Shown piece by piece: positions 47,045 through 57,570 of a stretch of 64,000 nt of DNA. The notes under the pieces are model-generated. The model was not told the DNA's origin. It searched no databases and saw only the letters and a list, made by a program, of their open reading frames with translations. The stretch is from Eledone cirrhosa. Lineage: Eukaryota. Position numbers and translations under genes: made by a program. The stretch lies in assembly GCA_964016885.1 (NCBI GenBank), contig OZ024756.1, positions 43,214,001-43,278,000 of the forward strand. Reading direction: 5' to 3'. The first letter of the stretch is position 1, and every line of letters begins with the position of its first letter.

Positions 47045-47165
47045 CGCCTGAAGTGGAACGAGCCATCATCATCATCACCATAACTATTACCATAGTCCTC
47101 AACAGGTTGGGCAGAAATAAGCGCCGACTGCCCCCATCAACAGTTGTAATATAACAGCAAGACAT
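47045..47165 (-). CDS. Gene 2 exon 1: signal-peptide exon (MSCCYITTVDGGSRRLFLPNLLRTMVIVMVMMMMARSTSG); alternative start at ATG 47093
   Basis: ATG at 47165 is in frame with hydrophobic MVIVMVMMMMA and a small-residue c-region STSG. Phase-1 donor GTAAGT at 47044-47039 splices in frame (G+GG) to the V exon at 44898. Confidence 0.75.
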
Positions 47166-47333
47166 ACTTTGATCCACGTAAAATAGGAATTGTAACAGAA
47201 ATAAAAAAATATTTTACAATAGATTTTCTTGTCTAATTAATGTCTGTGGTGTAATAAAATTAATTAAAAGAAATGTACAAATTATAAGGTAATAAAACAG
47301 GTTAATCTAAACATAAGTATTGTGTATATGTGA

Positions 47334-47335
<2 letters not shown>

Positions 47336-47418
<83 letters not shown>
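47336..47418. repeat. (GT)n microsatellite
   Basis: Perfect dinucleotide run about 170 bp upstream of the gene 2 ATG. Confidence 0.98.
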
Positions 47419-47421
<3 letters not shown>

Positions 47422-47595
47422 AAGAGTATACAGAAGTAACAACACAATCGGTACAGTATGTGGAAGGTATTTATTTGGTTAACGATTGAAATATCAGGAA
47501 GAGGGTCTTACCGTTTCGGACGCTAGTCCTTCATCAGAAGAAAGAAAGAAAAATAAGAATAGATTGGAGGGACGGGCGGGTTGGAATTGAAAAAA
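47419..47595 (-). mobile_element. Penelope-like terminal-repeat fragment (second copy) with hammerhead motif at 47541-47506
   Basis: Minus strand reads TCTT-CTGATGA-A-GGAC-TAGC-GTCC-GAAAC-GGT-AAGA. Homologous to 28420-28600 and abuts the (CA)n tract. Confidence 0.6.
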
Positions 47596-47886
47596 TGTCT
47601 TTAGATAAAAATAATAGGTCCATTCATGTTGACATCCCTTCGAAAATTGTTGATACTGGCGTTTTGTGTATGATTTATTTTTTTAGAAAAGTGGATGATG
47701 GAGCGCGTCTACCTGAAATGAAAAAAACAACCGTTTTGGAGAAAGAGCTATACTTGTGCGCGTGCGTATGCATGTGTGTTCGTACGAAGCTAAGCGGAAA
47801 TGTGTGTGTATATGTAAGTAAAAATGTGTGTGTGTGTGTGTGTGCTTGTAAGTGCGAAGCTATCAGTAAAACTATGTTAATATAAG

Positions 47887-48076
47887 GGCGGTGGATTGGC
47901 AGTATCGGTAGAGAGTCGGACACCATTCTTTGAAGCATAGAGTTACGTCCCTTTATGATCTGATTTCAAATTCCGCCGAGGTTAACTTTGCCTTTCATCC
48001 TTACGGGGTCGATAAAATAAAGTACCAGTAATGTACTGCGTAATTGCTGGCCTTGTGCCAAAAGTAGAAACAAATA
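47887..48076 (+). mobile_element. Near full-length tRNA-derived SINE
   Basis: A-box-like TGGCAGTATCGG, B-box-like TTCAAATTCC, conserved body and A-rich tail; multiple dispersed copies in the window. Confidence 0.88.
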
Positions 48077-48129
48077 TAAGGGTGTGTATGTAAAGGGAAA
48101 AGTGGAGTTTGCATATTTTGTCGGTCTGT

Positions 48130-48530
48130 ATTAGTTGTCAGAGAATATGTTTCTGCCCATAAAAGAGCCATAGGAATCTAGGGGTGAATGTACAAGCCCG
48201 TGTGATAATGGACGGGGTATTAAAGAAATTGGGGAGGTGAGTTGAGTCCATGAGGGAAATAGAACCCAAGGCGGTGAATCAGATATAATTGTGTGAGTTG
48301 TTAAATCGTGACGTTCTTTCTTGAAAATATCGAAAAATGCATAATATGACAAAGTTAGTTTTCCTTGTTTTCTTAAATCCCAGAATGAAAGTAGTTAAAA
48401 TAATCCGTATGTGAATAAACAACACATATACCCCATATATATTTCTCTAGAGTGGTGAGCGTGTATTAGAGAAAAATATATTTTGAAATGAAATCTAAAA
48501 ACAAAAGAAGAACGACCAACTTTTAAAAAT
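48130..48530 (-). mobile_element. Possible highly decayed LINE fragment (post-RT region of an I/Nimb-like element)
   Basis: Only a ...TIISDSPPW... motif reminiscent of the RT-RNase H linker; weak. Confidence 0.25.
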
Positions 48531-48825
48531 GGAACAAGTTGCAGGTAATATAGTAACAGGTTATTTTTCCTCAACTGATTTGTCTTGTAAATTAGTAGCA
48601 GCACAAATACACACTTACGTATGTAGCGTTCCAAATGTTATGATCAAAGAACGCCGTCTTATCATCTAACTCTCTGTAACAGAGTTTAATTATTTTTTCT
48701 TCTTAAAATCCCAATAAAATTTTCTCTCTCCTTATTGACATGTATTTCTTTTTCTCCCCCTGTCTAGACACGTCTTTCTTTCTCTCCCACTCACTTCCCT
48801 GGTCTTTAGTTCTCTCTATCGATTT

Positions 48826-49741
48826 CTCTCACATTCTTTCATCTCTCCGTCTCTCTATTTCTCTTTCTCTCACATCCTCTATGTCCTTCTCTATAGAATG
48901 GAGAAAGAGAGATAATTCCAAAACAAAATGGCCTGATTGTTTTCAAATGATAACTGGAAAATAATTAACATTGAATTCCATATAAATTACTGTTTTGTTT
49001 CATTTTTCTTCTTTCATATTTCCACCCATATTTGCAAAGTTAACCTTGGCGGGATAATAAATGATTCTTTTGCAAGCAAACCTCAATACGCTATGTTTTT
49101 TTTAGAAGACTATCGGCATCGTTTTGTTCTAGCAGTGACACAGAGAATCAAAATGATATTTGTTTTTTTTTTTGTGGCTTGCCTTACTGATGTATCAGGG
49201 TTTGCTTGTGAGGGTGCTTGGTTGCTCCAGCGCCTTAGCCTCGCTATCACCAGTAATAATGCTGCCAGCATATTGGCTTGCCTCAAAAAGTTTTAGAGGG
49301 CGGTTCCGGCACCCATTGAGGTGTGTGACTGATTGACAAACTTAATGTTGAATTAATATTTTTTTCGATTTGATTCTATATTTTTATGTGAAATAGTTAT
49401 GTAATTAAGCAGTATATATATTATTTGTGTGTATAGTTTCATTCTGCGAAAGTGCATGGAATAGTGGTTAGAGCGTTGGGCTAACTTCGTTATTCTACTC
49501 TCACATTCTTTCATCTCTCTGTCTCTCTAATTCTCTTTTACTATCTCTTTCTCTCACATCCCCTCTCTTTCTCGTAATCATACACTATGTCCTTCTCTAT
49601 AGAATGGAGAAAGAGAGATAATTCCAAAACAAAATGGCCAGATTGTTTTTAAATGATAACAGGAAAATAAATAATTCTATATAAATTACTGTTTCGTTTC
49701 ATTTTTCTTCTTTCATATTTCCACCAATATTTGCAAAGTTA
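48826..49741. repeat. ~215-240-bp dispersed direct repeat (48826-49041 and ~49498-49741)
   Basis: Shared CTCACATTCTTTCATCTCTC...CTATAGAATGGAGAAAGAGAGATAATTCCAAAACAAAATGGCC...TATTTGCAAAGTTA. Confidence 0.85.
49034..49349 (+). mobile_element. Composite repeat: SINE fragment joined to the 3' tail of a CRE/NeSL-like (REL-endonuclease) non-LTR element; second copy at 53361-53615
   Basis: EGAWLLQRLSLAITSNNAASILACLKKF* resembles the C-terminal QRxSxAIQRGNAASxLG motif of such elements. Two diverged colinear copies. Confidence 0.6.
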
Positions 49742-49823
49742 TTTATATATCTGTCAATTAATATATTGTCTGTAATTTTATGAAATTTCGTAATTACAAT
49801 GAATTCGTTAGTTTTATATCGAA

Positions 49824-50819
49824 CTAGCATTAAAGCCCGGCGTTGCTCGGGGTCATTAAGTTACCAAAGTTAGGTTGCACCACCCATTTTATGGCAGCAC
49901 TTTTTTGTCTGCCAGGCACTGGGTGAATGAATTGCAGACCTGAAAGCATGAGCTTCGCCAGCAGTGACAATTGTAGTTTCGCCTATGGATATTATCTCTG
50001 TGCAAAAAAGTGTTGAAATTTATTGTTTCACAGTACTTGCGCAACACGCGCGTAGACGATGCCAGCCGAACAACAGAGCTGCGATGGAGTTGTTCTGCAT
50101 GGTTGTCTGTGTGTTTTCTAAATTTAAGACAGTAGGGAGGGTTGTGATATGAGGGAGAGTTAGCTGTTGTTTCTAGCAGGTTTAGTGACCTCATAGAGGA
50201 TATGTGTTTTCTAAATTGAAGACAGTAGGGAGTGGTGTGATATGGGGGAGAGTTAGCTGCTGTTTCTAGCAGGTTTAGTGACCTCATAGAAGATATGTTT
50301 TCTAAATTTAAGACAGTAGGGAGGGGTGTGATATGGAAGAGAGTTAGCTGCTGTTTCTAGCAGGTTTAGTAACCTCATAGATGATATGTGTTTTCTAAAT
50401 TTAAGACAGTAGGGAGTGGTGTGGGGAGGGGTGTGATATGGGGGAGAGTTAGCTGCTGTTTCTAGCAAGTTTCGTAACCTCATAGACGATATGTGTTTTC
50501 TAAATTTAAGACAGTGGGGAGTGGTGTGAACGGACAGTATCACCATCAAGCTTGGAAAGAGAAAGTAGCAGAAAGTATGAAGTTGTATAGATTTTGAATG
50601 GTAGTAGAAAGAGTTCAGCAGTTTAAATGAGAGAGAAAAATCGTAAAATATTGAGTTTTATCTATTTTTTGCGTAATTGTGGGGGAAATTGAAAAAATTA
50701 TCTGCATCAAAACGCAATCGAAACTGTTTCGAATGCTGAATTGTAAATTTCAATTGAAAAAATTCTATATCGTAGATTTCTATAACGAAGGAACATGACC
50801 ACACACTGAGCTTTATAGA
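49824..50819 (-). mobile_element. Non-autonomous Helitron (family 2), ~1.0 kb
   Basis: Minus strand starts A|TCTATAAAGCT at 50819. It ends with hairpin CCCGAGCAACGCCGGG followed by CTAG|T at 49824. Confidence 0.75.
50107..50528. repeat. ~93-bp tandem repeat (~4.5 copies) inside the Helitron
   Basis: CTAAATT landmark at 50118, 50211, 50302, 50395 and 50500. Confidence 0.93.
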
Positions 50820-50822
50820 TTA

Positions 50823-51880
50823 CTAGCAGTAAAGCCCGGCGTTGCTCGGGGTCGCTCAGTAGCTGTGTTAAAGTTACAATGTTAAGTTTCTTTTTTGGCT
50901 TAAAGTCTGTCTGCACGACTGTCTGTCTGCACGCCTAACGAAATTTACAGATACATATATTTTAAATAAACTTATATAATTTTTGCTTTTTTTTACGAAA
51001 TATTTGCTTGTTTTACGTAGTCTTTAAATAGACTTGTTTTCAAGTAATAATATTGTTTTAAAAGGCTTTTAAATGGAAATGAAGCAAAACGGAAGCTTAG
51101 TGTTCGAACTGATGAATTTTGCAGGTCAAAATTTTGCTGGCTCGACAACTGTTCGTGTATTATGTTAATGTCATTTTAAACGCTGAGAAAGGCAGCGTAA
51201 TTTTTTTAATTTTTGCACGCAGAAAATGTAAACAGAACGTAAGACGCTCAATGTAAACAGAACAAAGGGAAATAACTCGTCACTTACGCTCAAAAATCGA
51301 TACATTAGATTCGATTTCGTCACATAGGGTGGGTCAATTTGAAATATTTTTTTTCCGATATTTTCGCTAGGGTTCAAGGTACAAGTATAGCAATTTCGGT
51401 GCAATTCCGTCAGAGATTCTAAGAGGAGATGTGTGCCAAAAATCGATAGACAGACAGACAACCACAGCTTTATATATATATATATAGATATATATAAAGC
51501 TGTGGTTGTCTGATGAATTTTGCAGGTCAAAATTTTGCTGGCTCGACAACTGTTCGTGTATTGTGTTAATGTCCTTTTAAACGCTGAGAAAGCCAGCGTA
51601 ATTTTTTTAATTTTTGCACGCAGAAAATGTAAACAGAACGTAAGACGCTCAATGTAAACAGAACAAAGGGAAATAACTTGTCACTTACGCTCAAAAATCG
51701 ATACATTAGATTCGATTTCGTCACATAGGGTGGGTCAATTTGAAATATTTTTTTTCCGATATCTTCGCTAGGGCTCAAGGTACAAGTATAGCAATTTCGG
51801 TGCAATTCCGTCAGAGATTCTAAGAGGAGATGTGTGCCAAAAATCGATAGACAGACAGACAACCACAGCTTTATATATAT
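50823..51880 (-). mobile_element. Non-autonomous Helitron (family 1), copy 1, with internally duplicated 5' segment
   Basis: 3' hairpin CCCGAGCAACGCCGGG plus CTAG|T at 50823. 5' end TATATATATAAAGCTGTGGTTGTCTGTCTGTC. The ~370-bp 5' segment is present twice (51110-51488, 51510-51880). Confidence 0.8.
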
Positions 51881-51881
51881 A

Positions 51882-53268
51882 CTAGCAGTAAATCCCGGCG
51901 TTGCTCGGGGTCGCTCAGTAGCTGTGTTAAAGTTACAATGTTAAGTTTCTTTCTTGGCTTAAAAACTGTAGTGTCTACTGTGCAGACTTGCATGCGGTGT
52001 TTTTGATTAATATTCCCTCAACCAACAATATGCCTTATGAAGTTAAGAAAACATAACGATAACCCGAATGTTATAACAAAAGAGGATGCTGGGGATAGAA
52101 ACTGCACTGGTTATTTATTAACAAAGATCGAAAATGTAAACACTGCAACGCAGAGAAAAACATTAGCGTAACCAAATTATCAGTTATGTCTGTCTGCACG
52201 CCTATATCACCTCTCTGCACGACTGTCTGTCTGCACGCCTATATCACCTCTCTGCACGACTATCTGTCTGCACGCCTATATCACCTCTCTGCACGACTGT
52301 CTGTCTGCACGCCTATATCACCTCTCTGCACGACTATCTGTCTGCACGCGTATATCACCTCTCTGCACGACTGTCTGTCTGCACGACTGTCTGTCTGCAC
52401 GCCTAACGACGAAATATTTGCTTGTTTTACGTAGTCTTTAAATAGACTTGTTTTCAAGTAAAAATATTGTTTTAAAATGCTTTTAAATGGAAATGAAGCA
52501 AAACGGAAGCCTAGTGTTCGAACTGATGAATTTTGTAGGTCAATATTTTGCTGGCTCGACAACTGTTCGTGTATTGTGTTAATGTCATTTTAAACGCTGA
52601 GAAAGCCAGCGTAATTTTTTACGTAAGACGCTCAATGTAAACAGAACAAAGGGAAATAACTGATAACTTACGCTCAAAAATCGATACATTATATTCGATT
52701 TCGTCACATAGGGTGGGTCAATTTGAAATTTTTTTTTCCGATGTCTTCGCTAGGGCTCAATGTACAAGTATAGCAATTTCGGTGCAATTCCGTCAGAGAT
52801 TCTAAGAGGAGATGTGTGCCAAAAATCGATAGACAGATAGACAACCACAGTTTTATATATATAGATATATAGATATATATAAAGCTGTGGTTGTCTGATG
52901 AATTTTGCAGGTCAAAATTTTGCTGGCTCGACAACTGTTCGTGTATTGTGTTAATGTCACTTTAAACGCTGAGAAAGCCAGCGTAATTTTTTTAATTTTT
53001 GCACGCAGAAAATGTAAACAGAACGTAAGACGCTCAATGTAAACAGAACAAAGGGAAATAACTCGTCACTTACGCTCAAAAATCGATACATTAGATTCGA
53101 TTTCGTCACATAGGGTGGGTCAATTTGAAATATTTTTTTTCCGATATCTTCGCTAGGGCTCAAGGTACAAGTATAGCAATTTCGGTGCAATTCCGTCAGA
53201 GATTCTAAGAGGAGATGTGTGCCAAAAATCGATAGACAGACAGACAACCACAGCTTTATATATATAGA
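51882..53268 (-). mobile_element. Non-autonomous Helitron (family 1), copy 2, head-to-tail with copy 1
   Basis: 5' A|TCTATATATATAAAGCTGTGG at 53268 and 3' hairpin plus CTAG|T at 51882. Same doubled 5' segment (52523-52866, 52895-53268). Confidence 0.82.
52187..52405. repeat. 37-bp tandem repeat (~5.5 copies) inside Helitron copy 2
   Basis: CTGTCTGTCTGCACGCCTATATCACCTCTCTGCACGA with period 37 (52201, 52238, 52275, 52312, 52349). Confidence 0.95.
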
Positions 53269-53608
53269 TAATAATAATTGTTTTTGCTTTTGACACAAGG
53301 CCAGCAATTATTTAAGTTTATTACTGGTACTTTATTTTATAGACATCGTAATGATGAAAGGCAAATTTAACCTTGGCGGGATAATAAATGATTCTTTTGC
53401 AAGCAAACCTCCCCAATACGCTATTTTTTTAGATGACTATCGTCATTCTTTTTTTTTTGTGGCTTGCCTTACTTTTATATCAAGTGTTGCGTGTGAGGGT
53501 GCTTGGTTGCTCCAGCGCCTTAGCCACGCCATCACCATATTGTCTTGCCTCAAAAAGTATTAGAGGGTAGTTCCGACACTCCTTGAGATTGTGACTGATT
53601 GACAAACT

Positions 53609-53915
53609 TAATGTTTGGGAGGGTCATGCTGCCAATTAAAAACACACACGCACCTATTGGTTTTCACTTCAATTTATTATAAATTATGAACACATAAAAA
53701 CAAAGTGGTGTAGGACAGAACAAAGGAGAGACACAAAATAACAAATCTTTCACTGAAGAAGTTACAGAATGTGTGACGAAAGAGCTTTGACAATAAACAA
53801 ATAAACAACCATCTGGTTATTAAACTAACCGATTGGGAGTTTATAATAAACTGAAGTGAAAACTAACAGGTGCATTTGTTTTTATTGGCAGCATGACTCT
53901 CAAACTATAACATTA
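53609..53915. mobile_element. MITE-like element with ~75-bp imperfect terminal inverted repeats
   Basis: GGGTCATGCTGCCAATTAAAAAC...GTTTTCACTTCAATTTATTATAAA (53609-53685) is the reverse complement of TTTATAATAAACTGAAGTGAAAAC...TTTTTATTGGCAGCATGACTC (53838-53915). TA at both ends. Diverged partial relative near 54817-54900. Confidence 0.7.
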
Positions 53916-53919
53916 TATA

Positions 53920-54100
53920 TGGATTGGCAGTATCGGTAGAGAGTCGGACGCCATGCTCTCCAGCATAGTTACGTCCCTTTACGATCTGAGTTCAAATCCC
54001 GCCGAGGTTAACTTTGCCTTTCATCCTTACGGGGTCGATAAAATAAAGTACCAGTAATGCACTGGGTATTTGCTGGCCTTGTGCCTAAAGTAGAAAAAAT
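53920..54100 (+). mobile_element. tRNA-derived SINE
   Basis: TGGCAGTATCGG A-box, GAGTTCAAATCCC B-box and family body. Confidence 0.88.
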
Positions 54101-54179
54101 TATATATAAATAAAGAGAGAGAGTGAGAGAGAGAATTATAGTATTATTCAATTTCCGTTAGTGTAATCAATTAATTGTA

Positions 54180-54350
54180 GTCGACAGTAATGGTAGTGGT
54201 GTTGTAGTTGTTGTTGTCGTTGGTAGTGGTGTGGTAGTCAACAGCAGTGGTGGTGGTAGTGGTGTTGCTGTCGTTGATAGTGTGGTAGTCAACAGTAATG
54301 GTGGTGGTGGTGGTGTTGTAGATTTTCTTGTTGTTGTTACCACTGTTGTT
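54180..54350. repeat. Degenerate (GGT/GTT/AGT)n trinucleotide tract, in the predicted 3' UTR of gene 1
   Basis: Low-complexity triplet repeats. Confidence 0.8.
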
Positions 54351-54387
54351 CTTTTTGTTCCTGTATGGGTTTTATCTTAATTGATGC

Positions 54388-54393
54388 TCAACC
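54388..54393 (-). CDS. Gene 1 predicted terminal coding exon (Gly-stop, then 3' UTR)
   Basis: Strong acceptor ctgttttgcttattttccaaCAG at 54396-54394, then GGT TGA in phase 0 matching the upstream micro-exon. Confidence 0.45.
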   Translation of the reverse strand, partial: G

Positions 54394-54478
54394 CTGTTGG
54401 AAAATAAGCAAAACAGTTGTCAGATATGTTGTCTCTACTGCCACACACTGTAATAAACAACCTTTAATTTAGTCTCTC

Positions 54479-54610
<132 letters not shown>

Positions 54611-54774
54611 TAGGAGGTGAGTTTTATTGTAGTACAATAAAGCAATGCAGATATCGGTTAAGAAGCACTCTACAGTTTGTAGGACTGGAGTATACATAAT
54701 ATATAAGATCAAAAGATGGTTACATTGAAATGCGCATAATAAAATACATGGAACTCTTTTAACCATCTTTTGAT

Positions 54775-54820
<46 letters not shown>

Positions 54821-54937
54821 TTGGGGAGGGTCATATTTGCGTAATATTGCCAGAATTAATAACAGAACACACTCACTGTTTGGTTGGTTTTCGCTTCTCG
54901 CTGTCTTTTATATATATATATCTGCGATCTAACTTAC

Positions 54938-54960
54938 TCGGTCCTCAATGTTGCCATTGA
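54938..54960 (-). CDS. Gene 1 predicted 23-bp cytoplasmic micro-exon (F-NGNIEDR), phase 1-0
   Basis: CAG at 54963-54961 and consensus GTAAGT at 54937-54932; frame-compatible with neighbouring exons. Confidence 0.5.
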
Positions 54961-55499
54961 CTGACCGGCGGTCAAAAATAATACAGATACAATATAGACA
55001 CAAACGCATATATATAGTTTACATAATTTACATAAATCTTTCGTTGCACATCTGCAACATCGTCAGTGGTGTTATATTCATTGTTCCTCCTGTTGTGTTG
55101 TATGTCTACGCCATTTTTTTTTTGTTCAGTCTGTCTATATATTTATTTATTTATTTGCTTGTTTGTTTATCTTATTTTATTTTGTCTTCTTTGCGCATGC
55201 GTTTGCGTTTATATATATATATAGTAATGCGTTTATATATATATATATATAGTAATAATAATAAATTTGAAGACTAAAATCCAAAGAGGGTTCGATAAGG
55301 ATAAATATATATCAAATATATATATCAAATATATAAGAACCGTAGAGCAAATATATATATATATATATGAAAGCATGGAAAAGCCGTCGTAAAAACGATG
55401 ATGGTGAATTCATGGCTTTACTCAAATTCATGGTGCTAATAATTTCATAGACTGAGCTGTTTTTACATACACAACTTCTATGAATATTTAACATGTGGA

Positions 55500-55655
55500 G
55501 GTTATGACACTTTCCTTTGGCTGAATAGCATCTAGATGTTAAGACACCTTCACTGGGCTGGATAAGCTCTTGATGTAAAGACACCTTCACTGGGCTAAAT
55601 AAATTCTGGATGTTAAAACACCTGCCAAGGGCTGGATATCACATGGATGTTAAGT
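55500..55655. repeat. Diverged 37-bp tandem repeat (~4 copies)
   Basis: GATG-led landmark (GATGT(T/A)AA(G/A)ACACC) at 55535, 55572, 55609, with a truncated GATGTTAAG at 55646. Confidence 0.8.
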
Positions 55656-55805
55656 GTTCAAAAGAGAAGACTGCGCTGGTATGGACATCTGATATGTATA
55701 GATGATGACCATTTGGTGGAAAAGTGCCGAGAAATCCCAGTTGAAGAAAGCTGCCGTAAGGGTAGACCAAGGACAACCTAAGCAGAGGTGATGAGAGCTA
55801 ATGAC
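55656..55805 (+). mobile_element. RTE LINE 3'-end fragment
   Basis: KRRLRWYGHLICIDDDHLVEKCREIPVEESCRKGRPRTT, the RTE C-terminal motif. Confidence 0.75.
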
Positions 55806-56062
55806 AATTGAAGAGAGAATAAAACATACGGCAAGACATGTTTTTAAGGGAACAACTTAAAAGAAGAAGTTAAAATTAACAAAATTGCTTAAGACTAGTG
55901 GTTTAAATTATATTTTCTTGTTTTAATGTTCTATATCATGTGGTAAGTGGTAACTAAATAATTGACATCAGGAAGGGCATCTGGATGTAAAACATTGTCA
56001 CAAAACATCACATACAAACATGATAGATGGAAAAGTGAACATAAAAACGATAATGTACTTAC

Positions 56063-56088
56063 ATTTCCTTCTCTTCACAACAAGACTT
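56063..56088 (-). CDS. Gene 1 26-bp juxtamembrane micro-exon (R-SLVVKRRK), phase 2-1
   Basis: ttttttaatTAG at 56091-56089 and GTAAGT at 56062-56057. A 100-bp intron separates it from the TM exon. Encodes a basic cluster typical of the cytoplasmic side. Confidence 0.7.
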
Positions 56089-56188
56089 CTAATTAAAAAA
56101 CTGTAGTTATATTTATATTAAATTTATCTGAAATCATTACAGCTTGTTAGAGAAAAATATTTAAATCTGAAAGTTGTATATTACTAAC

Positions 56189-56303
56189 CTGTTGACTCCT
56201 TTAACTGGTAAATAACAAAGAACTAAATAAAAAAAGACAAGTACGTTAAATGCTATAACTCCAAGGTTGATACCAGCAATAGTTCCACGACTTGATTCAC
56301 CAG
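56189..56303 (-). CDS. Gene 1 transmembrane exon (T-GESSRGTIAGINLGVIAFNVLVFFYLVLCYLPVKGVNR), phase 1-2
   Basis: Acceptor ctcctgttttctatcttgaTAG at 56306-56304 and donor AG|GTTAGT at 56188-56183. About 23 hydrophobic residues, in frame with the C exon at 57571. Confidence 0.78.
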
Positions 56304-56352
56304 CTATCAAGATAGAAAACAGGAGCAATATGTTTATTTCTAATATAGCCAC

Positions 56353-56650
56353 ATGATTTCAAATTTGGTGGGAGGGTTATAGTTGATTATATGAACCCCA
56401 GTATTTCACTGGTACTTTATTTTATCAATCCCAGAAAGGTGAAAAACCAAGTTGTCCTCAACAGGATTTAAAGTCAGAAAGTATAGAAGCAGGATAAATA
56501 CCACAAAGCATTTTGTCCAACGTTCTAACAACAGAAATAATAATAATTTCTAACATTTTAAATAATTTTTTATACAAGGCCAACAATATAGAGGAAGAGG
56601 AAAATCTATTTTCAACCCCAATATTTAACTGGTACTTTATTTTATTAATC
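56353..56650 (-). mobile_element. Two diverged SINE fragments (~56353-56530 and ~56570-56650)
   Basis: ACCCCAGTATTTCACTGGTACTTTATTTTATCAATCCCAGAAAGG core in the first; a truncated ACCCCAATATTTAACTGGTACTTTATTTTAT copy in the second. Confidence 0.65.
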
Positions 56651-56829
56651 ACAGCTTTGACACTACGGACATCTCATCAGAATGTCTCAAGAACTAATCA
56701 CCGGACTGATTTTATGGGGGCAAAACTAAACGGCAAGAGACCCAAGTGTAGACACCTAGCAAGATGTTTGGATAACATCCATGAGCTCAGCTGGTCTCAC
56801 TTGGAGATCCAGCCAAATCAGTTGGAGAT

Positions 56830-57115
56830 AGTGTGTGCTGGGTATTTTTGTTACGACACCTACATGACCAATTTACAGTGTGGATTGGGTACTTTTGGTC
56901 GTTGCTCCTACACGACCACTTACAGTGTGGGCTGAGAGCTTTTGTTGGGACACCTACATGACCACTTTACAGTGTGGGCTGGGAGCTTTTGTTGGGACAC
57001 CTATATGACCACTTTACAGTGTGGGCTGGGTGCCTTTTACTAGGCACCAAAACACTCAACTGCCAGTTTGGACTGGGCGCGTTTCGTTGTGACACCTATA
57101 TGACAACTTTACACC
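56830..57115. repeat. ~47-bp tandem repeat (~6 diverged copies); single related unit at ~45340-45385
   Basis: GACACCTACATGACCACTTTACAGTGTGGGCTGGG units with CCTA landmark at 56859, 56907, 56953, 57000 and 57095. Confidence 0.8.
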
Positions 57116-57436
57116 ATAGACGTGGGTCTAAGGTGAGACCTTAATTGTGTCAGTGATAATGAAGGTGGTAGAGTGGTTACAATGATGATGATGATGAACA
57201 TGGTTGTAGTGGCAGTCATAGTGATAGAAGTTAAACTGATCAAGATTATGAAATATAAATCCAAACACAAACACAGCAGTTCAGAAATATGTACACACTT
57301 AATCAAATATATGAATAATTATGTATTTTAAACATATACATACCTCACATGGAAACATACAATCATGCATATATACACACATGCATGTATTGATAGAGGC
57401 AGACATGTATATAAAAATATGGAGTGATGCAGTGAC

Positions 57437-57526
<90 letters not shown>

Positions 57527-57570
57527 ATACACACACAAATGTAATACATAAAAGAAAATGATTTGCTTAC

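Noticed and set aside
47887-48076. tRNA gene suggested by A/B boxes
   Set aside because: No cloverleaf. The boxes are the head of a multi-copy SINE with a shared body and tail.
51171-53307. Four similar ~76-119-aa ORFs (LWLSVCLSIFGTHLLLESLTELHRNC...) suggesting a small gene family
   Set aside because: They are the repeated 5' segment of non-autonomous Helitrons, with inconsistent starts and frameshifts between copies.
54170-54360. Thr/Asn-rich minus-strand frame with Tyr motifs (IYNT, DYHTI) as a possible signalling tail
   Set aside because: It derives from a triplet low-complexity tract, its acceptor at 54363-54361 lacks a pyrimidine tract, and the phase does not match the upstream micro-exon. 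The stronger acceptor at 54394 gives an immediate stop.
55000-55135. Minus-strand open stretch (KKNGVDIQHNRRNNEYNTTDDVADVQRKIYVNY) as an extra cytoplasmic exon
   Set aside because: No convincing polypyrimidine acceptor or consensus donor; not called without transcript evidence.
57109-57306. Hydrophobic Thr/Ile-rich ORF between the C and TM exons (possible stalk or alternative TM)
   Set aside because: Built from (CAT)n/(ACT)n low-complexity sequence with no consensus donor.
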